NCBI GenBank assembly: GCA_964478125.1
Contig: CAYZGR010000005.1
Span: 22,573 to 86,572, forward strand
Direction: 5' to 3'
From: an uncultured Chitinophagaceae bacterium
GTDB taxonomy: Bacteria > Bacteroidota > Bacteroidia > Chitinophagales > Chitinophagaceae
Length of the DNA stretch: 64,000 nucleotides
Positions 37,433 to 46,884 of the stretch are shown piece by piece; the first letter of the stretch is position 1, and each line of letters starts with the position of its first letter. A program made the translations under genes and the position numbers. The notes under the pieces are model-generated. The model was not told where the DNA came from. It did not search any database and saw only the letters and a program-made list of their open reading frames with translations.

Positions 37433-39088
37433 TTACCTCTCCATCAGTTCTTTTGCATTTTCTAAGGCTGCGGCTGTGGGGCTGTCGCCGCTGAGCATAC
37501 CGGCAATAACTTCTATGCGTTCCTCTTTTGTCAGGCGCCGGATGCCTGTTATTACGCGCTCCTTTTTCATCGTTTTATATACTTGAAAATGGGTATTTGC
37601 TTTCCCGGCAATCTGTGGTTGATGAGAAATGCAGATCACCTGATGATCAGAGGCCAATCCTGCAAGAATAAGCCCTACCTGGCGGGCGGCCTCACCGGAA
37701 ATACCGCTTTCGATCTCATCGAAAATGAGCGTAGGCAGCATGCCTTTGTCTGCTATAAGCGACTTGATGCACAACATTAATCTGCTCAACTCTCCCCCGG
37801 AAGCTACTTTACGAACGGGCAGGAAGCGTCCACTCTTGTTGGCGTCAAATTCAAATGAAACGACATCCTGTCCGGATGCTTTTAAGTCGGCCCGATCGAG
37901 CTGAACCCTCATCCGGGCATTGGGCATTCCCACCCGCCGCAGCAGTTTTTGCAGATCATTGATAAAGGGCCGTACCTGCTTCTCCCGTACTTCGGAAAGC
38001 TTGTTAGCCTGTTTTTGGGAGGCTTCTTTTTGTTGGTTCCTTATTTTGATGGCCTCTTTTAGCTGTTCGTCCGTATTTTCAGCTTCCCCAAGTTTTTGCT
38101 GCAAGCTTTCTTTCAATTTCAATAATTCGGTTGTCGTTTGAAGGCGGTGTTTCTTCAATAGTTTGTAACCCGTGCTTATACGTTCCTGAATAAAAGCGAT
38201 GCGCTCCTCATCGTATTCCGTATGGTCATTGATCTGTTGTAGTTCGTCGGCAATATCCTGCAGCTCAATCCGGGATGAAGCAAGCCGGTTAAGCAATTCG
38301 GGGATTTTTTTGTGGAAAGGAGCCAGCCTTTCCAGCTGGTTTTGTGCAGTATGTAGTTGAGACAATACGGCCGCGTCGTTGAGTTCCAGAAGTTCGTTTG
38401 TAACTTCCAGCCCTCTTTTCAGGTCTTCTGTATGGGTGAGTACCTGAAGTTCGTCTTCGAGTTCCTCCAGTTCATTTTCCGAGAAGCGGGCTTCTTTTAG
38501 TTCTTCATATAAGAAGCGGTCATAATCCTGTTCTCTGGAAAGCTGCTCCGATTTTTCAGTCAACGTTTCGCAGAGGTGTTTGCTTTCGAGATATTGTTGA
38601 TATTGTTTTTGATAGGCATGCACCTCTTTTTTTTGTCCGGCAAGCAGATCAAGGACCTGTAATTGGAAATCTGCTTGTCCGAGTTGCAACGTATCAAATT
38701 GTTGATGAAGATCCACCAGCAGGCCGGTAAAGGCGGAAAGTTGTTGCAGATTGACAGGTGTGTCGTTTATAAAAGAGCGTGATTTTCCGGCAGGGCTGAT
38801 TTCCCTGCGTATAAGGGTTTCGGCAGCGTAATCCAGTTCGTGTCTTAGAAAAAACCGTCGGATCTCGGGATCTTCCGGAAGTCTGAAAAGGCCTTCAATG
38901 ATGGCTTTTTTGCCTTTTTCACGAAGGGCCCCCCTGTCTGCCCTTACTCCCAAGATGAGGGACAATGCTCCCAGAAGGATAGATTTTCCCGCACCCGTTT
39001 CTCCTGTTATTACGTTCAGGTTATCGGAAAAACGAACGGTCACCTCGTCAATAATGGCATAATTTTTTATGTCAAGCTGTAATAACAT
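37433..39088 (-). CDS. recN: DNA repair protein RecN
   Basis: 551 aa with Walker A (GETGAGKS), a long coiled coil, the SMC signature SGGELSR and Walker B (LIFDEIESG). Confidence 0.95.
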   Translation of the reverse strand: MLLQLDIKNYAIIDEVTVRFSDNLNVITGETGAGKSILLGALSLILGVRADRGALREKGKKAIIEGLFRLPEDPEIRRFFLRHELDYAAETLIRREISPAGKSRSFINDTPVNLQQLSAFTGLLVDLHQQFDTLQLGQADFQLQVLDLLAGQKKEVHAYQKQYQQYLESKHLCETLTEKSEQLSREQDYDRFLYEELKEARFSENELEELEDELQVLTHTEDLKRGLEVTNELLELNDAAVLSQLHTAQNQLERLAPFHKKIPELLNRLASSRIELQDIADELQQINDHTEYDEERIAFIQERISTGYKLLKKHRLQTTTELLKLKESLQQKLGEAENTDEQLKEAIKIRNQQKEASQKQANKLSEVREKQVRPFINDLQKLLRRVGMPNARMRVQLDRADLKASGQDVVSFEFDANKSGRFLPVRKVASGGELSRLMLCIKSLIADKGMLPTLIFDEIESGISGEAARQVGLILAGLASDHQVICISHQPQIAGKANTHFQVYKTMKKERVITGIRRLTKEERIEVIAGMLSGDSPTAAALENAKELMER

Positions 39089-39096
39089 AAATTGGA

Positions 39097-39690
39097 TTAG
39101 AAATCCCCCCGGCGAAATTTTTCATGCAGGCCATGGGCAGGTAAAAATATCTGGAACCCCACGTTAAGTCCCAGGCGGTTAATCGTTGTTGCATTCCCAA
39201 AACCAAGGACCAGGTTATAATCCAAAGAAGCATCCAGGGATATGCCCCGTGTAATGAAGTAGGAAATGCCGGGGCCTACTTTAATTCCCAGCCCATTGGT
39301 ACTTCCTCCTCCTTTACTGTGAGAAACGCCCTGGAAGCCTACGAATCCATCCACAAAAAAAGCGGCATGGGATGAAAAATTCAATTCTTCAGGGGTGGAA
39401 AAGTAATATCTGACCCAGGGCCCGATGCCATAAGAGAAAGTAGTTGGTGCATTTTTGGTGGCGGTCAACCCTAAATCTACCATGGCGCCCAAAGCCAGAT
39501 TATTTTCAATAAAATAAGCCGCACCCGGAGTCAGTTCAAAATTAAAAACATTGCTGTGATTTTGAAAGGCGGCGCCTATATTGGCTACTTGTGCACCTAT
39601 CATAAGGCTCCCTTTCTCTGTTTGAGCGGTGGCCTGCTGAAAGCCGATGAGCAGGATCAGCAGGGGAAGTACAAAACATATTTTTTTCAT
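39097..39690 (-). CDS. Small outer-membrane beta-barrel (OmpW/porin-like) protein
   Basis: It has a signal peptide (MKKICFVLPLLILLIGFQQATAQ) and a Gly/aromatic-rich strand pattern. The ATG at 39690 is preferred over the TTG at 39714. Confidence 0.6.
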   Translation of the reverse strand: MKKICFVLPLLILLIGFQQATAQTEKGSLMIGAQVANIGAAFQNHSNVFNFELTPGAAYFIENNLALGAMVDLGLTATKNAPTTFSYGIGPWVRYYFSTPEELNFSSHAAFFVDGFVGFQGVSHSKGGGSTNGLGIKVGPGISYFITRGISLDASLDYNLVLGFGNATTINRLGLNVGFQIFLPAHGLHEKFRRGDF

Positions 39691-39829
39691 CTTTCGCAAT
39701 TTATAAAGTTTCAAAATTATAGGGTCTTGCGTAAAGAAACAAAATTAGTAAATCTGGAGTGGGAAGTGGAGCCTCAAACAATTTTGATCAATGGATGTTA
39801 GAATTCCATTAACCTTTTAATTTGATCTT

Positions 39830-40318
39830 ATGTTTTGTTCTGTCGAAGATTTTGCCAATACCTGGACTGTTGAAGCGCAGAAGACCAAAAAGTTGTTTAG
39901 CGCTTTATCCGATGATAGTTTGAATAAAGAATTACTTCCTGAGTATAAAACCATTGGCAGGCTGGCATTGCACATGATCAACAACCTTTGCAATACCGCT
40001 CCCCGATTAGGTTTTAATGAAATTGAAAAACCGGAATCCGGAGATACGGCCAAAGGCCTGGCCGCGGATTATAAAAGGGTCTCTGATGATTTCCTGAGGC
40101 AGATACAATCTAACTGGACAGATCATATGCTTAAGGAAAAGATATCCCTCTTTGGGGCAATGTTCACGCGCTCCGAAGCCCTGGGCGTGATACTGCTTCA
40201 TCAAATTCACCACAGAGCCCAAATTACCGTATTAATGAGGCTTGCAGGACTGGGCGAGATACCCGGAATGTACGGACCTTCCGCCTCCGATCAAAGAAAG
40301 GAAAAGGAAACTCCTTAG
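39830..40318 (+). CDS. DinB-family (four-helix bundle, metal-binding) protein
   Basis: 162 aa with the His triad context (LALHMIN ... HQIHHRAQI). Confidence 0.7.
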   Translation: MFCSVEDFANTWTVEAQKTKKLFSALSDDSLNKELLPEYKTIGRLALHMINNLCNTAPRLGFNEIEKPESGDTAKGLAADYKRVSDDFLRQIQSNWTDHMLKEKISLFGAMFTRSEALGVILLHQIHHRAQITVLMRLAGLGEIPGMYGPSASDQRKEKETP

Positions 40319-40470
40319 GCGCGTGGCCCTAATTTTTAGTTTCTTTTGACCAAAATCACAAAATATCAATAGCCAGATAAGAATCAGTTTCTAAACTTCA
40401 ACTTTCAAGTTATCCCACTTAAAATAGGCGCTTTCGGATTAGATTGGTTTCCGGATCCGCCAAATTGAAT

Positions 40471-41982
40471 TTATATTTCATAAATATGCTCGAATTTTTC
40501 CCGCACATACTCCATATAGAAATTAAAGCTCAGGGGTTGTCCGGTTACTTTTTTACAGAGTTCTTCAGATAGATAGATCCTCCCCTTGCGGTGGATGTTT
40601 GTTCGAAGCCATTCGAGTAGCCCGGATAAATTTCCCATCTCGATTTGCCCTTTTAGATCGGGCAGTTGCTTTTGAACGGTATTAAAAAACTGTGTCGCAT
40701 AAAAACTACCGAGTGAATAAGTGGGGAAATAACCAAAACTGCCGTGGCTCCAGTGAACGTCCTGTAGCACGCCATTTCGATCATCCGGCACCGTAATGTC
40801 CAGGTAGGTTTTATACATTTCATTCCAGGCCTGTCTTAAATCCCGGGTTTGCAGATCTCCCGAAATCAATCTTTTTTCCAATTCATAACGGATCATGATG
40901 TGAAAATGATAGGTCAGTTCGTCTGATTCTGTACGGATCAGCGAAGGTTGTACTTTATTGATGCCTTTATAAAATTTTTCCAGACTGATGTCCGAAAGTT
41001 GTGCTTTGAAAACATTCTTTAATTCGGGATAAAAATGTTTCCAATAGGCGAAGCTTCTGCCCACGTTGTTTTCCCAGAGCCGGGATTGAGATTCATGGAT
41101 GGAAAGAGAGGCTGCCGCGCCTGCCGGCAATCCGTATTGCTCTTCAGGAAGACCTTGTTCATAGAGTGCATGTCCCCCTTCGTGTATACAACTCCAGGTC
41201 ATATTCCCAAGATCATTTTCATCAATGCGGGTGGTCACGCGGACATCTTTCGGATTAAAACTCGTAGTGAAAGGGTGCTCGGAAATATCCTGTCTCCCGG
41301 CGTTAAAATCGTATCCCATTTTGCTCAACAACATCAGTCCGAATTGCCATTGTTGATCTTTATCAAAATATTGATATAGAAAATCATTGTCTACTTGGGG
41401 CTTTCCCAGGAGTTTGTCCAGAAAGGGTTTGAGCTCTTTTTTTACCTGTTTAAAGAGGATATCTAACATTTCAACCGTTGCTCCTTTTTCGTAATCGTCC
41501 AAAAGTGCATTGTAAGGATGTTCGGTGTAGCCCAGCAGTTCAGCTTCTTGTCGTTTGAGCGCCACCATCTTATGCAGTGCCGGTTCGAAAACCTGGAAGT
41601 CGTTTCTCTTTCTGGCTGCTATCCATGAATGATAACACTCGGAAGTAGCCATAGACAGTTGGTGTACAAAGCCGGAAGAATACTTTTTTCCTTTTTCATA
41701 ATCTTCTAAAATTCGTTTCACGTTTTCTCTTTGCAGGGGGCTGAGCGTGCCGTCTCCTTTCAATTGATGTAGCAGATCTCCCAGCGAATCATCAGTAAAG
41801 AGATCATGGGCGATGGTAGATAGGGTGGCCAGCTGTCTGCCTCTGAACCCGGCGCCTTTCTCCGGAAGGTAAGTTTCTTCATCCCAGTTGAGTACCGCAG
41901 CCGCGTTATTGAGGTCCGCTATTTTTTGCATTTTGGTAGTGAAAGCCTCATACAATGTATTTGTACCTTGTGTGGTGGACAT
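40471..41982 (-). CDS. M32 carboxypeptidase (Taq-like)
   Basis: 503 aa with HEGGHALYEQG (HExxH), plus the blocks HESQSRLWEN and DVHW. Confidence 0.9.
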   Translation of the reverse strand: MSTTQGTNTLYEAFTTKMQKIADLNNAAAVLNWDEETYLPEKGAGFRGRQLATLSTIAHDLFTDDSLGDLLHQLKGDGTLSPLQRENVKRILEDYEKGKKYSSGFVHQLSMATSECYHSWIAARKRNDFQVFEPALHKMVALKRQEAELLGYTEHPYNALLDDYEKGATVEMLDILFKQVKKELKPFLDKLLGKPQVDNDFLYQYFDKDQQWQFGLMLLSKMGYDFNAGRQDISEHPFTTSFNPKDVRVTTRIDENDLGNMTWSCIHEGGHALYEQGLPEEQYGLPAGAAASLSIHESQSRLWENNVGRSFAYWKHFYPELKNVFKAQLSDISLEKFYKGINKVQPSLIRTESDELTYHFHIMIRYELEKRLISGDLQTRDLRQAWNEMYKTYLDITVPDDRNGVLQDVHWSHGSFGYFPTYSLGSFYATQFFNTVQKQLPDLKGQIEMGNLSGLLEWLRTNIHRKGRIYLSEELCKKVTGQPLSFNFYMEYVREKFEHIYEI

Positions 41983-42117
41983 GATCCGTTTGTTTAAGTG
42001 TTTTTATATGCAATTGGAATGCAAAAATGAGAAAAAATTGGCATGATCCTCCTCATTATGGATGTTTTGAAAGATTTTTCAGAGATCCCAAAGTTGAAAG
42101 TTTTAACTATGAAGTAT

Positions 42118-42125
42118 TACATTTG
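42118..42125 (+). promoter_or_regulatory. Candidate -7 promoter box (TAnnTTTG) ending 5 nt before the Nif3 start codon
   Basis: TACATTTG at 42118-42125, with the ATG at 42131. Confidence 0.4.
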
Positions 42126-42130
42126 CTTTT

Positions 42131-43228
42131 ATGAAAATACAACAGATCATTAATTGTATTGCACAGTCCGCTCCTTTAATCTATCAGGAATCCTATGATA
42201 ATTCAGGTCTGTTGACCGGAAGCCCGGATTGGGAGGTTTCTAACGCTTTGATCACCCTGGATGTTACTGAAGCCGTGGTAGAGGAGGCGGTTGAAAATAA
42301 CAGCAATCTGATCATCGCCCATCATCCCATCATTTTTAAGGGGTTGAAAAGATTAACCGGGGAAAATTATGTGGAACGGACTGTCATTAAAGCGATTAAG
42401 AACGATGTTGCCATTTATGCTGCGCATACCAACCTGGATAATGTGAAATGGGGCGTCAACAACATAATCTGTGAGAAACTCGGACTTATCAATCGGCGGA
42501 TTCTTTCCCCTGCGGCTACCGGTTTACGCAAGCTTTATACTTTTGCCCCGGTAAAAGATGCTGAAAAGGTCAGGGATGCACTGTTTGAAGCAGGGGCCGG
42601 CCATATTGGCAATTACAGCGAAGCCAGCTTTAATTCAGAGGGTATTGGAACTTTTAAAGGGGAGGAAGGCGCCCATCCGCATGTTGGAGAAAAGGGCAAG
42701 CGACATCGGGAAACGGAGATGAAAATTGAGGTGATTTTTCCCCGGCATTTGGAAAAGCAGCTTATAAATGCCCTGATAGCGACGCACCCTTATGAGGAGG
42801 TTGCTTATGATGTGGTAAGCCTTGAAAATGTGAATGCAAATATAGGCAATGGGATGATAGGGGAATTTGCGGAACCTGTTGACGAGGAAGACTTCTTGCA
42901 ATATCTGAAAGAGCAGATGCAAACGGGATGTATCCGGTATACTTCTCTAAGGAATAAATTGGTGAAAAAAGTGGCCGTATGCGGGGGGGCGGGAAGTTTT
43001 CTGCTGAAGGATGCCATTCGGGCGGGCGCCGATGTATTCGTGAGTGCCGATTTTAAATACCATGAATTCTTTGATGCTGATAACCAGATTGTTATAGCTG
43101 ACGTGGGCCATTATGAAAGCGAACAATATACCCTGGATATTTTTCATAAATTAATAACGGAAAAATTTCCTACCTTTGCACCCTTGAAATCCAATATTCG
43201 CACGAATCCAATAAATTATCTTCACTAA
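42131..43228 (+). CDS. Nif3-like dinuclear metal centre protein (GTP cyclohydrolase I type 2 family)
   Basis: 365 aa with NIF3 blocks (SYDNSGL, LIIAHHPIIFKG, IAIYAAHTNLD). Confidence 0.9.
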   Translation: MKIQQIINCIAQSAPLIYQESYDNSGLLTGSPDWEVSNALITLDVTEAVVEEAVENNSNLIIAHHPIIFKGLKRLTGENYVERTVIKAIKNDVAIYAAHTNLDNVKWGVNNIICEKLGLINRRILSPAATGLRKLYTFAPVKDAEKVRDALFEAGAGHIGNYSEASFNSEGIGTFKGEEGAHPHVGEKGKRHRETEMKIEVIFPRHLEKQLINALIATHPYEEVAYDVVSLENVNANIGNGMIGEFAEPVDEEDFLQYLKEQMQTGCIRYTSLRNKLVKKVAVCGGAGSFLLKDAIRAGADVFVSADFKYHEFFDADNQIVIADVGHYESEQYTLDIFHKLITEKFPTFAPLKSNIRTNPINYLH

Positions 43229-43234
43229 TAAGGT

Positions 43235-43999
43235 ATGGCAAAAGAGACAACAAAAGCAAAAGAATTTTCAGTAGAAGAAAAGCTGGCCGCCCTTTTAAGA
43301 CTTCAGAAAATTGATTCCAAACTGGATGAAATTACCATACTGCGGGGAGAGCTGCCTATGGAAGTTAATGACCTGGAAGATGAGCTGGAGGGACTCAATA
43401 CGCGTTTGGCCAATATTGATGCTGAAATTGAAGGTATTGAAGCTTTTATTGTAGAAAAGACGAACGCCATTAAAGATTCTGAAGCGCTCATCAAGAGATA
43501 TGAAAAACAGCAGGATAATGTAAAGAATAACCGGGAATTTGAAGCCATTTCCAAAGAAATTGAGCATCAGGGACTGGAAGTACAATATAGCGAGAAGCAG
43601 ATCCGTGAAGCCAAGGCCAAAATAAAACAGAAGGAAGAAGCTAAAATGCTGGCTCAGAAGGGGTTAAAAAATCGCCAAAGTGATTTTAAGCATAAAAAAG
43701 TGGAACTGGAGAAAATTATTGGTGAAACGGAAGAGGAAGAAAAGAAGCTGGAAGACCATTCTGAAGAAGCGCGTCAGGAGGTGGTTCCCCGTTTGCTTAC
43801 CGCTTATGAGAAGATCCGCCGTACTTATCGCAATGGTTTGGCTATCGTGAGCATTGAGCGGGAATCCTGCGGAGGCTGTTTTAACGCGATACCTCCCCAG
43901 GTACAGGCCGAGATCCGCCAACGCAAGAAGATCATTGCCTGTGAAAATTGCGGACGGATACTTGTAGACCCGGAGTTATACGAATCTGTAGCGGTTTGA
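43235..43999 (+). CDS. Coiled-coil protein with a C-terminal C4 zinc ribbon (DUF164-type, the usual Nif3 partner)
   Basis: 254 aa with CGGC...CENCGRIL at the C-terminus. Confidence 0.8.
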   Translation: MAKETTKAKEFSVEEKLAALLRLQKIDSKLDEITILRGELPMEVNDLEDELEGLNTRLANIDAEIEGIEAFIVEKTNAIKDSEALIKRYEKQQDNVKNNREFEAISKEIEHQGLEVQYSEKQIREAKAKIKQKEEAKMLAQKGLKNRQSDFKHKKVELEKIIGETEEEEKKLEDHSEEARQEVVPRLLTAYEKIRRTYRNGLAIVSIERESCGGCFNAIPPQVQAEIRQRKKIIACENCGRILVDPELYESVAV

Positions 44000-44084
44000 T
44001 CGCGAACGGCACAAATTTTGAACAGGACACTCAACCGGGGTGTCCTTTTTTTTATGCTAAATATTAACTGCTGAAAATTCCTAT

Positions 44085-45590
44085 ATGCTTTGGTCCGGAA
44101 AATTACGATTCTTGTTGTTGCTTGCATTACTGGCGCCTTGTATAGCGTTGGCCGCGCGGCCTGTCTTTGACTTTAATGAAAATTGTAAAGAAGCCTACCA
44201 TGAAATTATTCAGCTTCGAGTGGACGATGCCCGGCAACTTATTGAGCAGGAAAAAAAAATAAATCCTGAAAATCTTACTCCTTATTTCCTGGAGAATTAT
44301 ATCGGTACTTTTAAACTGTTATTCAATGGAGACAGATCGGATTATGAAAAGTACCTGAATCTGAGTGATAAACGCTTGTCGCGAATTAAAAAGGGCTCTT
44401 CTGATTCTCCGTATTATCTGTTTTTTCAGTCTGTGATGAACCTCCAGACGGCAGCCTGTAAGTTTAAATTTGGGGACAAGGTCAGTTCTTTCTGGTACAT
44501 TCGGCGTGCCTATTTACAGATCATTGAAAACAAAAGTAAATACCCCCATTTTGGACCGAATAAAATCATTATGGGTCCCATGCAAGCCCTTATTGGAAGT
44601 ATCCCTTCCAATTACCGCTGGGCCATACGTTTGCTGGGCTTTAAGGAGGGAAGTATTGCCAGGGGGCTGAAGCTCATGCATGCTTTTCTGACGGAAGATC
44701 AGGGTGAAGAAAATTTTTTTAAACAGGAAGCCGTATTTTATTACGTATACATGGTATTTTATCTAAAACACCAGCCTGATAGCGCTATCGCGATCATCAA
44801 AAGACGGGGACTGGATCTGAAAAACAATGCACTGTATGCATTTATGGCGGCTAACCTCTATATGAACGATCATGCCGCTGCAGAGGCGATGAAAATACTG
44901 AAGGAACGACAACATAGCAGCGCTTATTTGGATATTCCCGTTATGCATTATGAGCTGGCCACCGCTTATTTATATCATCTGGAACTGGATAATGCACTGA
45001 AAGAATATAAAAATTTTCTTAAGGATTACAAAGGAGGCCTGTATGCAAAAGACGCCCTGTTCAAGATAAGCTGGATTTATTTTTTGAAGGGGAATAAGGC
45101 GGAATCCATAAAATATCGGGATCTGGTTCTCTCCAAAGGAAGTAGCGTTACGGATGCTGACAAGGTGGCAGTAAGAACGGTAAAGAACAACCAGTGGCCG
45201 GATAAAACCATTTTGAAGGCCCGGCTGCTATTCAGTGGCGGATATTTTGAAGAGGCATTGCATCAACTTTTGAGTAGGTCCGTAGAAGATTATAAAAGTC
45301 TGGTAGACAAGGTAGAATATACTTATTTTCTTGCCCGTATCAGGGATGAAATGGGGATGGACGATCAGGCGCTTCTGCTTTATAAAGCTACGATTGAAGG
45401 GGGGCAGAGCCTTCCTGAATATTTTGCAGCGCGCGCGGCTTTACAAACGGGTTTTATCTATGAAAAAAGGGGAGAGGTGCAAAAAGCCATAACGTATTTT
45501 CAGAAATGCCTGGATATGCCCAATAAGGAATATAAAGAATCATTGGATCAACGGGCGAAATCGGGGATAAACCGCCTGAAAACAAAATGA
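44085..45590 (+). CDS. Secreted TPR-like repeat protein
   Basis: 501 aa with a signal peptide and repeated helical A/Y/L patterns. Confidence 0.5.
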   Translation: MLWSGKLRFLLLLALLAPCIALAARPVFDFNENCKEAYHEIIQLRVDDARQLIEQEKKINPENLTPYFLENYIGTFKLLFNGDRSDYEKYLNLSDKRLSRIKKGSSDSPYYLFFQSVMNLQTAACKFKFGDKVSSFWYIRRAYLQIIENKSKYPHFGPNKIIMGPMQALIGSIPSNYRWAIRLLGFKEGSIARGLKLMHAFLTEDQGEENFFKQEAVFYYVYMVFYLKHQPDSAIAIIKRRGLDLKNNALYAFMAANLYMNDHAAAEAMKILKERQHSSAYLDIPVMHYELATAYLYHLELDNALKEYKNFLKDYKGGLYAKDALFKISWIYFLKGNKAESIKYRDLVLSKGSSVTDADKVAVRTVKNNQWPDKTILKARLLFSGGYFEEALHQLLSRSVEDYKSLVDKVEYTYFLARIRDEMGMDDQALLLYKATIEGGQSLPEYFAARAALQTGFIYEKRGEVQKAITYFQKCLDMPNKEYKESLDQRAKSGINRLKTK

Positions 45591-45657
45591 TACGTTAAAA
45601 ACTGTTAAAATTTATGAAAATCAGAAAGCACCCTATTTCCTGGTGCATATTTTGTTA

Positions 45658-45665
45658 TACTTTTG
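45658..45665 (+). promoter_or_regulatory. Candidate -7 promoter box (TAnnTTTG)
   Basis: TACTTTTG lies 70 nt upstream of the ATG at 45735. Confidence 0.3.
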
Positions 45666-45734
45666 TATTAAGCGTTGAACTAAATCGGGTTTCTATTGTA
45701 AAATTGTTAAAGTTTTCTTATATTTGAGCGTACC

Positions 45735-46106
45735 ATGTACAAGAAATTGACCACACTACTTCTTCTATTACTTTGCAGTGCATCTTATGTCAGCGCTCAA
45801 AGTAAGTATACGCATGGAAACTTTACTTCACACGAAAAGGAACAACAAAAGGAAAAAATTTTAAAAGTTTATCCCGTTCCGGCGACCACCCAGATTCATT
45901 TTCAGATCCAGCATAGTAATAACGCAGGTACCTATGAAATTATTGTATATAATTTTCTGGGGAAAACTGTAGATAAGATAACGGGCTTTCAGAACCAAAA
46001 AACACTGAGCCTGAAAGATTATTACAGCGGTATTTATATTTATCAACTGCGTGATAAAAAAGGGCATCTTATAGAATCGGGTAAGTTTAATGTGGTGAAG
46101 CAGTAA
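45735..46106 (+). CDS. Small secreted protein made up almost entirely of a T9SS type A C-terminal sorting domain
   Basis: 123 aa. A signal peptide and a linker of about 20 aa precede KVYPVPATTQIHF...GIYIYQLRDKKGHLIESGKFNVVKQ, the Por secretion tail pattern. Confidence 0.7.
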   Translation: MYKKLTTLLLLLLCSASYVSAQSKYTHGNFTSHEKEQQKEKILKVYPVPATTQIHFQIQHSNNAGTYEIIVYNFLGKTVDKITGFQNQKTLSLKDYYSGIYIYQLRDKKGHLIESGKFNVVKQ

Positions 46107-46287
46107 AAGCTTACTCATGCGATATAATATATCAGGCCCTTCTCCGGGTTTGATCTTTTGACTTTTCTTCTCTGTCATTTTGTCCTGGATATGGTTTTTG
46201 GCAATAAAATTGCCCTTCCCCTATGCCTGAAGTAGTCCCTTATGGAATCTCAAAGGGCTTTATAATGATATTAATAATGGTTTATTT

Positions 46288-46869
46288 ATGAAAAAGGATA
46301 AAAGCAATGCTATGGAGGATAAAGAACAGTATACCCAGAACGAGGCAGAAGATCATGAAATGATCGGAAATGCACAGGAAGAAGAGAAAGAAGAGACTCC
46401 TGAAGAAGAAACGGAATCTTCCGAAGAAAAATCTGAAAAGGGAGAGCTGGAAGAATTGCGTAATAAATACCTGCGTCTGGTGGCAGAGTTTGATAATTAT
46501 AGAAAGCGGGTCGCCCGCGAAAGAATTGAACTGACGCAAACCGCGGAAAAAGATGTAGTGGTATCCCTTTTGGATATTTTGGATGATGCCGACCGGGCAG
46601 AGGGGCAGATGGAGAAGACCGATGATATAGGTGCGGTTCATGAAGGAGCGCTATTGATATTCAATAAACTACGTAAGACATTGAAGTCTAAGGGTTTGAA
46701 AGAGATGGAAAGTCTCCATGGTGATTTTGATGCCGAGCTGCAAGAGGCTATTGCAGAAGTACCTGCTCCTTCAAAAGACCTGAAAGGAAAAGTAATAGAT
46801 ATTATTCAAAAGGGGTATTACCTGAACGATAAAATCATTAGGCATGCCAAGGTAGTAGTTGGCAAATGA
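46288..46869 (+). CDS. grpE: Nucleotide exchange factor GrpE
   Basis: 193 aa with an acidic N-terminus and the block LRLVAEFDNYRKR. Confidence 0.95.
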   Translation: MKKDKSNAMEDKEQYTQNEAEDHEMIGNAQEEEKEETPEEETESSEEKSEKGELEELRNKYLRLVAEFDNYRKRVARERIELTQTAEKDVVVSLLDILDDADRAEGQMEKTDDIGAVHEGALLIFNKLRKTLKSKGLKEMESLHGDFDAELQEAIAEVPAPSKDLKGKVIDIIQKGYYLNDKIIRHAKVVVGK

Positions 46870-46884
46870 GGAAATTTTTGAAGT

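Noticed and set aside
40449-40460. The 12-mer TTCCGGATCCGC is shared between the uppP-downstream spacer (34803-34814) and the region just 3' of the M32 carboxypeptidase gene.
   Set aside because: The flanking sequence does not align beyond the 12-mer, so there is no evidence for a repeat element (REP or MITE). It is most likely a coincidence built around the TCCGGA/GGATCC palindromes.
46107-46287. A CIRCE/HrcA operator upstream of grpE-dnaJ.
   Set aside because: There is no TTAGCACTC-N9-GAGTGCTAA-like inverted repeat. Only a short palindrome is present (GGCAAT-aaa-ATTGCC, 46199-46213), and it does not resemble CIRCE.
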